A DNA stretch of 64,000 bases from Giardia intestinalis (lineage: Eukaryota), in assembly GCA_000002435.2 (NCBI GenBank), contig CM018792.1. One strand, 5' to 3'. A program made the translations under genes and the position numbers. The notes beneath the pieces were generated by a model. That model was given only the letters and a program-made list of their open reading frames with translations. It made no database searches and was not told where the DNA came from. Positions 8,819 through 19,500 of this stretch are shown piece after piece (the stretch's first letter is position 1; each line of letters opens with the position of its first letter).

Positions 8819-11800
8819 GCGCTTGCGATACTTCAGGTCTGAAATACCACAGCCCGTCACGGAGCACCGCTTTCCCAAGCGCGTGGAGAAGCTTGTTTTC
8901 TCAGTGTTGTCATCGAATGCCCTCATGAAGTTGTCCGAGGTTCAAATCACAACACCGATTCTTTACGAGCACTACCCCTCCCCAGCAACCAACGGGGTGC
9001 TGGACAAAAGGCTTGGTCTATCGGACAAAGTTGGAAAGTGCGCGACTTGCGGCAAGGACACGAAAATGTGCATAGGACACTTTGGAACAATTTCCCTGGC
9101 CCTTCCTGTCTTCCATCCTGGCCTAATCAACGATGCAAGAACTATGCTCTCTATTGTCTGTCCGTTTTGCAGCCGCGTAAAGATCTCTGAAGCCGACAGA
9201 CTCAAGTACAAGGTTCTAAACCACAAGTTTTCTCTTGCCATTGTCAAAGAAGCCCAGGAGCAGGCGAAGAAGCAGGTGAACTGCCCGTTCTGCCATGCCC
9301 CAAGCACAATTTGCAAGAAATCACAGGGATTCCGGGTTCTAAGAGAGATGCATTACGAAGAGCGTGCTACTAAGATTCTTGCAGACGTCATCAAGCACCA
9401 GAAGGATATTGAAAAGATCCAAGAGCTTGACCAGCGGCTTCGGAATCACGTTGTGGATCCAATACAAGCACTTCACATCCTCCAGAAGGTTCCCGAGTGC
9501 GACTATCCCTACCTAGGAATACCCTGGCAGTCAAGAAACGTGTATGCGTCCCAGCAAACCCCTGATTCTATTGCCAGCAATGACGCTAGCCAGTTATTTT
9601 CCAGAGGCTCGTCCAAGCTACTCGCAAGAACGGCGAGTCGCTTTATTGCACAGCATCAGGGGATAAGCGATCGTGCCACACGTTTAACATCTCATGCCTT
9701 CCTGACCAGGCCTCAAGACGTTATTTTGACTCATATCCCTGTGCCTCCGTCTTGCCTCCGCCCCTCTGTACAATCAGGGTCTGGTGCTGGAACAACAGAA
9801 GACAACCTCACTTCCCACCTTGTTCGCATTTTAACCATTAACGACAAACTGAAGGAAGCGATGGTCTCCGGGGCCGTAGCAACCTCAAAAGTGTATGCAA
9901 AATGGGATCAGCTTAATATGGACGTTTCTCTACTATATATAGGGAAAATCCCAGGCGGCGTGCAGCCTGTGAAGAATAAGACGGATTCTGGCACCAAAGA
10001 GGGAACGGGGATTATTGATAGGCTGAAGGGAAAAGCAGGAAGATTTAGGTCTAACCTCAGCGGAAAACGGGTCAACTTCAGTGGGAGGACTGTCATTTCT
10101 CCAAACCCATACCTTTCTATGCAGCAGGTGGCAATTCCCCGCCTCATCGCCCAAAACCTTACCTTTCCAGAGATAGTAACGTCTCGGAATATTCGCTTTT
10201 TACGTGAGCTTATTCTTAATGGGAAGACCTATCCGGGAGCCAATGAAGTTCTTCTATTGAACGACACCATTAGATACAATCCAGCACTCAAGCGGCTCGG
10301 AATTGACGTGAAGCAAAGCCGAGATATGGAGGCAAAGGCTATGGAACTGGTTTCGCGCTGTGTTGACACGTTTAATCTCAATTCGCTTTGTGCAGACCTC
10401 CCAGAGCTCCAGGCTGCCATTCAGCACCTTGTTAGCGAGTCCAGTAACGCAATAAATAGTGAGCTCAAGGCAGAAGATCTGCCACAGAACCAGCCGCTTT
10501 TTGCCAAGGAGGTGTATGATCCAGCACAGAAAGGTGAATCAAACAATATAGACAACAACGTTTGTGAGATAGATGAGCTGAAGCTTGAAGACACAGCTGA
10601 TTATCAGGTAGGTGAGTCAGCTGGCCAAGCTTCAACTGTTGCAGTCGAGCAGCCACCGGAGTCAAGGACCGTTCTAAAATTGAACTCAATCGCATCGTTG
10701 CAGCTTACCAACGCGTCGTCACAGCACCTATCGACCTTCAAATTAAACACTGTTTCTCTGCTCCAAAAAGATCGCCGTGGGCGCCAGGCTATTGCCAATA
10801 GTCTCAGGCCCAACGACATAGTTTATCGGCATTTGCTTCCCAACGATACTTTACTCTTTAACCGTCAGCCGTCCCTTCACAGAATGTCAATCATGCAATT
10901 TAATGCAGTTATACACGAAAACCGTACTTTTTCTTTCAATCCAGTTGTCTGCTCTCCATTTAATGCAGATTTCGACGGGGACGAGATGAATATCTTTTAC
11001 ATGCAAGGCCAGGAGGCGCGTGCTGAAGCGGGGATCCTCATGGGCTCTCACGAAAACATTATTTCGCCACGACATGGAGAATGCATGATTGGGCTCACGC
11101 AGGATTTTCTAACAGGAATCTACCTTCTCAGCGGCAAGGGCATCTTCATGACACGCCAAGAGTACTGCCAGCATGTGTCCTATGGCTGTGATGGCTTTGG
11201 GGATGCCACATATGGTGTTAGTTTGTACAACTATGGTCGCGAGTTCATTAAAAGCATTCATGACAGGAGAGGTACAGAGGAAGACACCGTTGGGTTTGTT
11301 AAGGTCCCCTGTCTTTCACAGCCATGCATAGTGTACCCTCGACAGCTCTATAGCGGAAAGCAGGTGCTCTCTGTTCTCATGAAGGGAAACGATTTTGACT
11401 CTGTGAACATCAATCTAGAGCACGGTGACAAGACATACAAGAAAGACAGTGACAGGCGTGCACTCTCCGTCAACGATGACTATATCATCATCCAGAATTC
11501 AGAGCACCTCGTAGGGCGTCTCACCAAAACGTTCTTGGCATCGTCCAAGAATTGCATATTCTATTTTTTGGTACAGAACTATGGTCCTGTTTCAGCAGCT
11601 CGCATCATGCTCCGCTTCGCCAAGGTGGCTGCTAGATTTCTTATGAACTATGGCTTCACCATAGGCATAGATGATGTAATGCCATCCCAGCGAGTGCTGG
11701 GTAAGAAGGAGGTAATAGTTCAGGAAGGTTATGAGAAGGCGCAGGAAAAGATCCGTGACTACGAAAGCGGAAAGCTAGAGGCTATACCTGGGTCTACTGT

Positions 11801-14030
11801 GCAAGAGACGCTTGAAGCAACACTTAATCAGATCCTGTCCAACGTCCGCGAGTCCTGCGCCCAAATAGCTCTCAAGGAGCTTCACTTCACCAATAAGCCT
11901 CTCATCATGTCACTCTGTGGGAGCAAGGGAAGCCCCATCAACATCGCCCAGATGATTATTATTCTTGGACAACAATCCTTTGGAGGATCTAGGGCGCCTG
12001 ATGACTTCTACACTCGCTCAACTCCATATTTCTATCATTATTCAAAAGAGCCGAACGCAAAAGGGTTTATCCTGAACAGCTTTTATACTGGCTTGCTTCC
12101 ATTTGAATTCTTAGCGCACGCACGAGCAGGCCGAGATGGGGTCATTGACTCTGCCTGCAAAACAGCAGATACAGGGTATTTGCAGCGACGGCTTGTTAAG
12201 TGTCTAGAGGATCTTAGTGTGTCATATGATTTTACCGTGCGCAACAGCAAGAAGAGCGTGGTGCAATTCCGGTTTGGACACGATGGGTTTGATCCAATAA
12301 AGCTCGAAGTTGGGACTGGGCAGTGCTTCGATCTAGACACTTTGCTCAGACATATAATCTTGCTTAACAGATCACAAGATCTGGCCGAGGGGGCCTTCCC
12401 TGTTCTTCTGGATCGGTACAAGGCAGAGGCAGAGCTAGACGTCCTCCTGAACAAAGACTTTTACGGCCAGGAGGCTTGTTTGATTGAAAGAAGCAATGTC
12501 ACTAGCTATTTCCAGCAGAGCATATTGCCAAAATTAACTACGAACACACACATCGCCACTACTGTGGCCCCAGCACTTGCAGCATCATTCCTCCAAACAA
12601 CCCTTACCAAAAAGGACATAGATGATTTTCTAAGGCAGGTTCGGCGAAAGTACATTCGCCTGAATCTGGAACCGGGATCTCCATGCGGTGCGGTGGCCGC
12701 CCAGTCAGTCGGGGAGCCCTCCACTCAGATGACACTGAAGTCATTTCACCACGCAGGCTTAGCTTCCATGAACATAACGCAAGGGGTCCCACGGCTGAAA
12801 GAAATTGTCGATGGTGTGGTAAAGATATCCACACCAATCACAACCGTGGAGCTCCATGTAGATGTAGATAAGGAGGAACTGGCAGCAACGGTGACAGAAA
12901 AATATCTTGAAAAAGCGCGCATGATGAAGAACATCATCGAATGCACGTACCTTGGCCAGATATCTGCATCCATTATCGAGTGCTACAGCCAATCAGTTTG
13001 CCACATTGAAGTCAATTTGGATATGAAAATAATCGCAGACATGGGGCTTGCTGGGATCATAACGGTAGAGACGGTGGTAGCGTCCATCTTACACAACGAT
13101 AAGGCGAAAAAGCTAGTAGGACAGGACCAATCTTCTGGATCGGTAAGCATACACAGTGCCACAAGGTTCTCTGTCCGCCCCTTGACGCAGTCCAGAGACG
13201 ACTTGCTCTTCGACATTCAGAGCTTGAAGTTACTCCTTCCAATGATACCCGTTTCTGGCATATCTACTTGTAGTCGCGCGGTGATCAATGAGTATAAAGA
13301 GTTCTGCCAAGGCGCCACAAGCAGTGCACCGCTAACTAAGTACAATCTCCTTGTGGAGGGTATTGGGTTACAAAACATCCTAAATGTCAGTGGAATTGAC
13401 TTTACACGCACTCTGTCCAATAATATCGTAGAGGTAGCAAATACTCTTGGGATAGAGGCTGCAGTGGCCACAATATCCAACGAGATAAAGGCCTGTATGG
13501 ATAGCCATGGTATGGCCGTAGATATGCGACATATCCGCCTTCTTGCAGACATTATGTGCTTCAGGGGCCGAGTGCTAGGCTTTACAAGGTTTGGCTTGAC
13601 AAAGATGAAGGCCGATTCCGTAATCATGCTTGCAAGCTTCGAAAAGACTGGTGAGCACCTGTTTAATGCTGCACTAGGGAATAAGGTTGACGAAGCAAAC
13701 GGTGTTACAGAGTCTATCATACTAGGGAAACCGATGAGTATGGGAACAGGATCATTCTCGCTATTGCAGGCACCGTACTTTGATGAAAAAACGGGCAAGA
13801 CGATTGAGTACCAGCCTAAGCAGACAACCCGCTTTCTAGGGGAGGTCCTAAATAAACAGTACGATGAAGAGGTGGACGCTATAGTTAACGCGTTTTGGTA
13901 CGACGAAAAGCTTTATCTAACGGGTGCGGAGGCTAAGGCAAAGCTTCTTCGTGGAAGGCGGCATGCAAATAAGCGCTCCTGGTCGCGGGGAAAAGAAAGA
14001 CACGCTAGTTTGAAGCCAAAGAATCGATAA
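8805..14030 (+). CDS. RPC1: DNA-directed RNA polymerase largest subunit, best fitting Pol III RPC1 (C160)
   Basis: The first ATG is at 8805 because the track start at 8784 is TTG. Zinc-clamp region: CATCGKDTKMCIGHFG. Catalytic loop: LLFNRQPSLHRMSIM...NADFDGDEMN followed by EARAEA...LMG and TQDFLTG. Bridge helix: GRDGVIDSACKTADTGYLQRRLVKCLEDLSVSYD. C-terminal GTGSF. The EDLS..YD, TQDF.TG and LFNRQPSLHR.SI. patterns match Pol III C160 better than Rpb1 or A190. There is no CTD heptad array. Confidence 0.75.
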   Translation: MEPNRRLRYFRSEIPQPVTEHRFPKRVEKLVFSVLSSNALMKLSEVQITTPILYEHYPSPATNGVLDKRLGLSDKVGKCATCGKDTKMCIGHFGTISLALPVFHPGLINDARTMLSIVCPFCSRVKISEADRLKYKVLNHKFSLAIVKEAQEQAKKQVNCPFCHAPSTICKKSQGFRVLREMHYEERATKILADVIKHQKDIEKIQELDQRLRNHVVDPIQALHILQKVPECDYPYLGIPWQSRNVYASQQTPDSIASNDASQLFSRGSSKLLARTASRFIAQHQGISDRATRLTSHAFLTRPQDVILTHIPVPPSCLRPSVQSGSGAGTTEDNLTSHLVRILTINDKLKEAMVSGAVATSKVYAKWDQLNMDVSLLYIGKIPGGVQPVKNKTDSGTKEGTGIIDRLKGKAGRFRSNLSGKRVNFSGRTVISPNPYLSMQQVAIPRLIAQNLTFPEIVTSRNIRFLRELILNGKTYPGANEVLLLNDTIRYNPALKRLGIDVKQSRDMEAKAMELVSRCVDTFNLNSLCADLPELQAAIQHLVSESSNAINSELKAEDLPQNQPLFAKEVYDPAQKGESNNIDNNVCEIDELKLEDTADYQVGESAGQASTVAVEQPPESRTVLKLNSIASLQLTNASSQHLSTFKLNTVSLLQKDRRGRQAIANSLRPNDIVYRHLLPNDTLLFNRQPSLHRMSIMQFNAVIHENRTFSFNPVVCSPFNADFDGDEMNIFYMQGQEARAEAGILMGSHENIISPRHGECMIGLTQDFLTGIYLLSGKGIFMTRQEYCQHVSYGCDGFGDATYGVSLYNYGREFIKSIHDRRGTEEDTVGFVKVPCLSQPCIVYPRQLYSGKQVLSVLMKGNDFDSVNINLEHGDKTYKKDSDRRALSVNDDYIIIQNSEHLVGRLTKTFLASSKNCIFYFLVQNYGPVSAARIMLRFAKVAARFLMNYGFTIGIDDVMPSQRVLGKKEVIVQEGYEKAQEKIRDYESGKLEAIPGSTVQETLEATLNQILSNVRESCAQIALKELHFTNKPLIMSLCGSKGSPINIAQMIIILGQQSFGGSRAPDDFYTRSTPYFYHYSKEPNAKGFILNSFYTGLLPFEFLAHARAGRDGVIDSACKTADTGYLQRRLVKCLEDLSVSYDFTVRNSKKSVVQFRFGHDGFDPIKLEVGTGQCFDLDTLLRHIILLNRSQDLAEGAFPVLLDRYKAEAELDVLLNKDFYGQEACLIERSNVTSYFQQSILPKLTTNTHIATTVAPALAASFLQTTLTKKDIDDFLRQVRRKYIRLNLEPGSPCGAVAAQSVGEPSTQMTLKSFHHAGLASMNITQGVPRLKEIVDGVVKISTPITTVELHVDVDKEELAATVTEKYLEKARMMKNIIECTYLGQISASIIECYSQSVCHIEVNLDMKIIADMGLAGIITVETVVASILHNDKAKKLVGQDQSSGSVSIHSATRFSVRPLTQSRDDLLFDIQSLKLLLPMIPVSGISTCSRAVINEYKEFCQGATSSAPLTKYNLLVEGIGLQNILNVSGIDFTRTLSNNIVEVANTLGIEAAVATISNEIKACMDSHGMAVDMRHIRLLADIMCFRGRVLGFTRFGLTKMKADSVIMLASFEKTGEHLFNAALGNKVDEANGVTESIILGKPMSMGTGSFSLLQAPYFDEKTGKTIEYQPKQTTRFLGEVLNKQYDEEVDAIVNAFWYDEKLYLTGAEAKAKLLRGRRHANKRSWSRGKERHASLKPKNR

Positions 14031-16041
14031 TATTGCGTTTCTGTTCATCACTTAAGCTACACGTGCACAGAATCTTTTCTGCGTGAGCAACTGTAACTCT
14101 CTCGTATGGAAGAAGCCTTGTGATCACGTCTATGTGCCCCTTCTTGAGGGCGAGCTCTATGGCAAGTTCACCGCTCTTTGATCGCATCCCTGCTTCCCTG
14201 GTCGCCAAAGCTGCCACACACTCCGGCTTGTTGTGTATAGCAGCCAGAATGAGAGCTGTATAGCCAGACTTATTAGCCATTCCTCCCTCTTCCTCCAGTA
14301 AGCAGTGGACAACGTGTGGATGGCCGCCCATGGCTGCTGCCATGAGTGCTGTTTTAAAGCTGTGTGTGTCACGATAGCGAGCCTCGTACGGCAGGAGAAT
14401 CTGAACAACCTCCTTATATCCATGGTATGCCGCAATCATCATTGCAGTGGCATTTTCAAAGCTAAGTCCATAGAAAACCCTGCTCTGCATGCGCATTCCG
14501 GCCTCATACTTGGCCAAATAGCGAACGCTTTCTACATTATTACAGCGAGCCGCAAGCATTAACGCAGACATGGATTGGCAGTTGAGCCTTCCCAAGAATC
14601 TATGGAAGAGCCCTAGGCTCTTATATTTGTTATGATAAGCTAGCTCATGGAGAGGAGTGTTGCCGCTATCATCTGAAATTGTCTCTAGGGGCACCAGTAT
14701 CCTGTAAGCGTCTTGGTTGTTAAACTTGATGGCATAGTTAATAGCAGCGAGCCCATCGAGGTCGCGAAGGCCGGATTCTATGGACACTAGCAACTGCACC
14801 GCCTGCGAGTCCCCTACTATAACTGCCATCATCAATGCAGTAAGGTTTCTGTGGGTCAATCGCAAGTGGTGACTGTCGACCAAGTTTTGCAGTAGGTCAC
14901 GGCGTTCAGGACTATGAAAGTAGGCAGAGTCATAGTCATATCTCATGATATGCATCATAAGCTCTGTGTACCCTGCAAAGCTTAGAGCCAGGCGTTCTAG
15001 AGGTAGCAATGCTCTGACTAGCTCCAACCTACCTGATAAAAGAGCATGCTCAGTGGCACAGCACCCATGCATATCAACATGCCCCGCCTCACACGCTGCT
15101 AGCGCGTAGCAAGAACAATAGTTTCCGTTGGTCACTGCTTCCATCAGGGCTGTAGTACCGCGATCGGTCTTAACTCCAGCATCGAAAAGTCTGCGAAGGA
15201 GCACGTTACAAACATCATCATTTGTAGCAGCTTCTATTAACTGTGTCTTGTGCTTCTGCGGAAAGTCGCTCATATGCAGATGCAGACAGAGTCGCTTATA
15301 CCGCTCTTCCACAGTCCTTGCTGCTTTAAGCTCAAGCAGACCAGTTCTTTCAGCGGAGCTGTGCTCCATTGCTAGACATATCTCCTGCACAACAACTTTC
15401 GGGAGCTTGGTGAAGGAAACAAGGGCTAAGTAGTTATCTCGTCGGTCCGATGAGTAAACCTCCGGATACGGACCAGAAAGAGCTACGCTGAAAACTGTTG
15501 CAGCTACAATCCAGGGCACGGTGTCTGGACAGAAAAAATCTCTAGAGGATACATCGAGAGGTGCATTATCTGCCTCAATTCCCAACTCGGTCAGCATTTG
15601 GAGAGTCGCCAAAGAGGCAGAGCAGTCACCTGGGCCTGTCCAATTCCTAAAGCACAATCGGAAGACGATTCTCCCTATCCTGGTAACATACATTTTAGAA
15701 AGACAAAAGAGCCTGGTAAACACGTCATGCTGCCATTCTTCGGGGACGCTTTCTACCAGATAATTAGCGAGAATGACGAGTTGACAAAACAAGTCTTCGA
15801 CAAACGCGGAGTCCGGAGGCTCACAGATGTTAATGCACGTTTTACAATACTCCGCGAGAGACTGCTCCCCGCCCCACATGCACGAAACAACAATACAGCT
15901 ACTCCCAGCCTCGTCATCTAGCACGTCTTGAATCGGCACCAGGTGGCAGCATCGTAGCCTACCAAGGCATGAGATAGCCTCCATGAATGCATCCAGTGAT
16001 GTGTCTGTCATGTGATGATAAGAGCTTATCTCCCCCCACAT
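14005..16041 (-). CDS. Ankyrin-repeat protein of the Giardia 'Protein 21.1' type with a degenerate kinase-like N-terminal region
   Basis: It carries multiple G-x-TALM-x-A ankyrin repeats (TALMEAVTNGN, TALMAAAMGGHPHVV, YTALILAAIHNK). The track start at 16119 is TTG, and the first in-frame ATG is at 16039-16041. The 3' end overlaps the RPC1 3' end by 26 nt. Confidence 0.7.
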   Translation of the reverse strand: MWGEISSYHHMTDTSLDAFMEAISCLGRLRCCHLVPIQDVLDDEAGSSCIVVSCMWGGEQSLAEYCKTCINICEPPDSAFVEDLFCQLVILANYLVESVPEEWQHDVFTRLFCLSKMYVTRIGRIVFRLCFRNWTGPGDCSASLATLQMLTELGIEADNAPLDVSSRDFFCPDTVPWIVAATVFSVALSGPYPEVYSSDRRDNYLALVSFTKLPKVVVQEICLAMEHSSAERTGLLELKAARTVEERYKRLCLHLHMSDFPQKHKTQLIEAATNDDVCNVLLRRLFDAGVKTDRGTTALMEAVTNGNYCSCYALAACEAGHVDMHGCCATEHALLSGRLELVRALLPLERLALSFAGYTELMMHIMRYDYDSAYFHSPERRDLLQNLVDSHHLRLTHRNLTALMMAVIVGDSQAVQLLVSIESGLRDLDGLAAINYAIKFNNQDAYRILVPLETISDDSGNTPLHELAYHNKYKSLGLFHRFLGRLNCQSMSALMLAARCNNVESVRYLAKYEAGMRMQSRVFYGLSFENATAMMIAAYHGYKEVVQILLPYEARYRDTHSFKTALMAAAMGGHPHVVHCLLEEEGGMANKSGYTALILAAIHNKPECVAALATREAGMRSKSGELAIELALKKGHIDVITRLLPYERVTVAHAEKILCTCSLSDEQKRNIIDSLASN

Positions 16042-16281
16042 AGGCGCACCTGTCACCCGAGAGAGGAGGACGCACGATCCTTCTTCCGGGCCACTCAAAA
16101 TAAGCACATAGCTCTCCAAAGGAGAGACTCTTTTGATCGTCTCCCCCCTTGCTTCTGCAGTGCGACTTACGGCAGGCTCCAGTGCTGAGGGATGAAGAGA
16201 CTACAATCAACACCCAGTGGCAAAAATAAACGATATTAATTTCACTTTTGTAACTCAAAAAGACACCCTCTCGAACTAGCA

Positions 16282-16476
16282 ATGCCTGAGCCAATAAATG
16301 CGCGTGTGATCGAAGTCCTGGGAAGGACGAGCTCCCGCGGAGGAATAACACAGGTGAAGGTTGAATTCATGACAGGGGAGAAGCGCCAGATCATCCGTAA
16401 CGTTATAGGGCCGGTTAGGAAGGATGACATCCTTGTGTTGATGGAGTCGGAGCGTGAAGCGCGCCGCCTCAGGTAA
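16282..16476 (+). CDS. RPS28: Ribosomal protein S28e
   Basis: ATG confirmed. The 64-aa product [21 protein letters not shown]...[28 protein letters not shown] has the eS28 signature. AGTAAAC lies 30 nt past the stop. Confidence 0.85.
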   Translation: MPEPINARVIEVLGRTSSRGGITQVKVEFMTGEKRQIIRNVIGPVRKDDILVLMESEREARRLR

Positions 16477-16505
16477 ATGGCTGGGCATGCAGAGATCAAA
16501 GTTAA

Positions 16506-16512
16506 AGTAAAC
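16506..16512 (+). promoter_or_regulatory. AGTAAAC polyadenylation-signal-like element 30 nt downstream of the RPS28 stop
   Basis: aaAGTAAACtgagc follows the TAA at 16474-16476. Confidence 0.4.
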
Positions 16513-16525
16513 TGAGCCCAGCCGA

Positions 16526-19500
16526 CTACTGTCGCAGGCTAGAAATTCCAAGAGTGTGAGCGACCCGGTCTGTCTTTTCGGAGGTCGTGGTGGGGATGGC
16601 CTGGGGGCGCGTAGAGGACAGAATGAGTGACTTTCCTTGGGATTCTACAGAGAGAATTGCCCGACTTCTCCGTCCAAAGGCACCCCTTATCACTGATATC
16701 ATGCGGGTGAACATCCCACCTCTCTCCTTTCTTTGCTCCGACGATTCTGCACTCGCCTTTCCGGCCTCAAGCCTTGCCATCTCGACCGATCGAAACTTTG
16801 CTAAGTCCTGAAGTGTTCCGTGGACAGCATCCTCTGCGGTTAATTGCTCTGGGTTTGCTCCCAAAAGGATAAGGGTTGCAAGGTCCGAGTTGGGGACTAT
16901 TGCGTTCGCTGCATTCCTTATGTCTTCCAAGAAGCGATTGGACGCGTAGTAGATGTCTATTTCATTCATTGTCTGCAGGATGAGCTCATTGATATCTTCT
17001 ATGGTGGTCCCAGAGTTGTGGGCGATAGTGGCCATGAGCTTCATCTTCTCCTGAGCATTCATCTTCTCAACAAGGGAGTATGTAAGCATGTCCTCCAGAG
17101 AGATAGAGGACTCCGAGCCAAATGAGCCTGAGCTGCGTGTGGAGCGCCCACCAAGAGACACTAGAGATCTAGTCCGTATGCTAGGATCTTGCTGAGCTGG
17201 CTTTTGAAGTGGTGGCTCACCGTCACTCTCCGAGGTTCCTCCAGACCTATATGTCATGTGGCTCAGGTCTACCTTTCTATCAAAAAGAAGCTTGCGCAGA
17301 CGCTCTTCAATGCTGACCGGGGGATTGATGCATGAATCATTGATAGAATCTGCAGACAGGTTAGCCGTTAAAACCATTGCAGGTGCAGCTGCCACAAATT
17401 CGTTGCCGGAACCATCCACGTTATCTTCCTGATTGTAATTATGTATAGGCCCCAGAGCGCTTCCTGAGCGCGTAAGATTGGACAGGAGCAGAACGCCGTC
17501 CTTCGGCTGTGAGAAGACTGGCACTGACTTGGTTGAACGACGAGAGAATGGCTGCGTCCCTTTTAAGGACATGATCAAGGAGTCAGTAATCGATCGCCCT
17601 GCTGGCATAACAGGCGACTTCAAGTGCATAATCTTCTCTCTCTCCGACCTAGCCCCAGAGAATTTTTCTGGGCTGACAAGAGTGGTTCCGACAAAGGAGT
17701 GAGGCTCCAGAATAGGTATCTTCGATGTGATATCTTCAAATGTATCCAGTTCGTTGACAAACTCCTCTGGTAGCCGTTTCAGTTCTCTTCTATCCACTGC
17801 AATCTTCCTTCCCCCAGATGCAGTCAAGGGTCTGTCTATGGCTGTATTGATGCTGTGGTTCACATCGCTGAGCGTAAGTGGATGATCTATTGCTGTTTGC
17901 AGAGTGGCACCAGTTGGAAGATAGACAGTGTTGTTCTGTTGGCTTGCCATCAGCTGAGAGCTCAGGATGGCCCTGCTTCCTGCCACCATAGAGTGTCCCA
18001 TAAAGCGGCTAGTTGCTAGTGAGCTGAAAACGGAGCTGTGAGAGCGCGAAGCTAGTTCGTGCTGGTGTTGCGTATCATTGAGCTGCAACATCAGGTTTTG
18101 TATGGCTTCCGATTGCATGTTTGCTATGTCGTGCATATTACTTAGAAGAGTCTTGACCCGTGAATCAAGAAAGTATATCTTGCTCAGCAGATCCCAGTCT
18201 AAATACTTGGAAGGAACAAGGTCCCGTAAGATGTTGGAAAGATCGGCTACCTCTGCATGCCTCTCAAAGCTTTCACCCTTGGAAAACACTGATGTGCGAA
18301 GAAAGTATGATTGTATGGAGCTGGTCCAGACCAGAACCTTAGAAAGCTGCTCTTCTAGCATATCCTGCAGTTCTGTTAGACGTTGAGACGGTCTAAATCC
18401 AACTGTGAACTGGCTTGCCTCATCTATTACTTCTCGTAGAAGCTTCAGGTCGAACTTGCTATTAAAACTTTTGTCTACTATGTCAGTGGCTACCTGCTTT
18501 TGAAATTCTTGATACAATGATAATAGTAGCCTGGCAATCAGGCCAATCTGGTAGAATTTAAACTCCTCGCTATTCATCTCACAACGCCGTCCATTTGACT
18601 CTTCATCGTCGACGTTTTCTGGCATGGTTCCATAGAGCTCCCCAGAAGGAGCCGCGCTCTTCAGTAGCTCATCTATAAAGGCCTTGTCAGGACTTGGCAG
18701 AATACACACCTCCAACATCTTGCATATCGTGGAGTGGTTGTTGGCAACATCAACCTCAAATGTGTAGAGAATAGAAGACACTGGTTCTGCTTGATGTTCG
18801 CTATGCTTGAGAGGATGAGACGTGAGATAGTACCCTGGCAGATGACCATCTCGTGAGGTAATGTAGTAACACCAGAGCTCGAGTATTAGAAAAGCGGCGT
18901 AGAAATTGATGCAGTACTTAAAAAGCCGTTCGAGAATGTGCAGCTCAACTTCAAGGTAGAACTCTCTGGGCCGTCCAGAAGACCGAATGTGGTTGTTGAT
19001 GATTTTATCCAGGACTTTGCACTCAATATCTGTTGGCTCTTTAGAAACGAAGCCATTAATCTTTAAATTCTTAATCTCAAGTGGCGAAATATCTGAATTA
19101 TCGAGTAGAAATGGGGTAGATTGCTTGGTACCGTCAGTAGCATTTATAATAGAACTGGCAAGATAATATTGGTTATTATTGTAGTCTGAGCCCAAATCCA
19201 GCGCTATCCTATGTGTTGTATTACTAAGTGCTTCCGCAGTACATGTGTCTGGATAGGGCTCGCGGACTTGGAGTGAGGGGTCAGGCGGATGATCAAATGG
19301 TGTAGTACCTACAGAGCCTATATCTAGCGAGCTCGCACCATCCTTTGGTGCAATTTCGGTGCGTAAGCTCTCCAGCTCCGCCTTGAGCATGTTGTCAAGA
19401 TGACTCTCTGTGACAGCAACAGTACCAGCCAGATCGGGCGCTAATTTGTTTGCCTCTAGTTCCAGTTGTTCAACACTGCTCTGATCCTGTCCTTGATCTA

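Noticed and set aside
13217-13798. 193-aa minus-strand ORF, and many 60-120-aa ORFs inside RPC1, TERT, the kinesins and the giant genes
   Set aside because: They lie embedded antisense or out of frame within long conserved coding regions and have no independent support.
15959-16351. Minus-strand 130-aa ORF
   Set aside because: It overlaps the clearly real RPS28e gene on the opposite strand. Its translation is Cys/His/Arg-rich and not protein-like.
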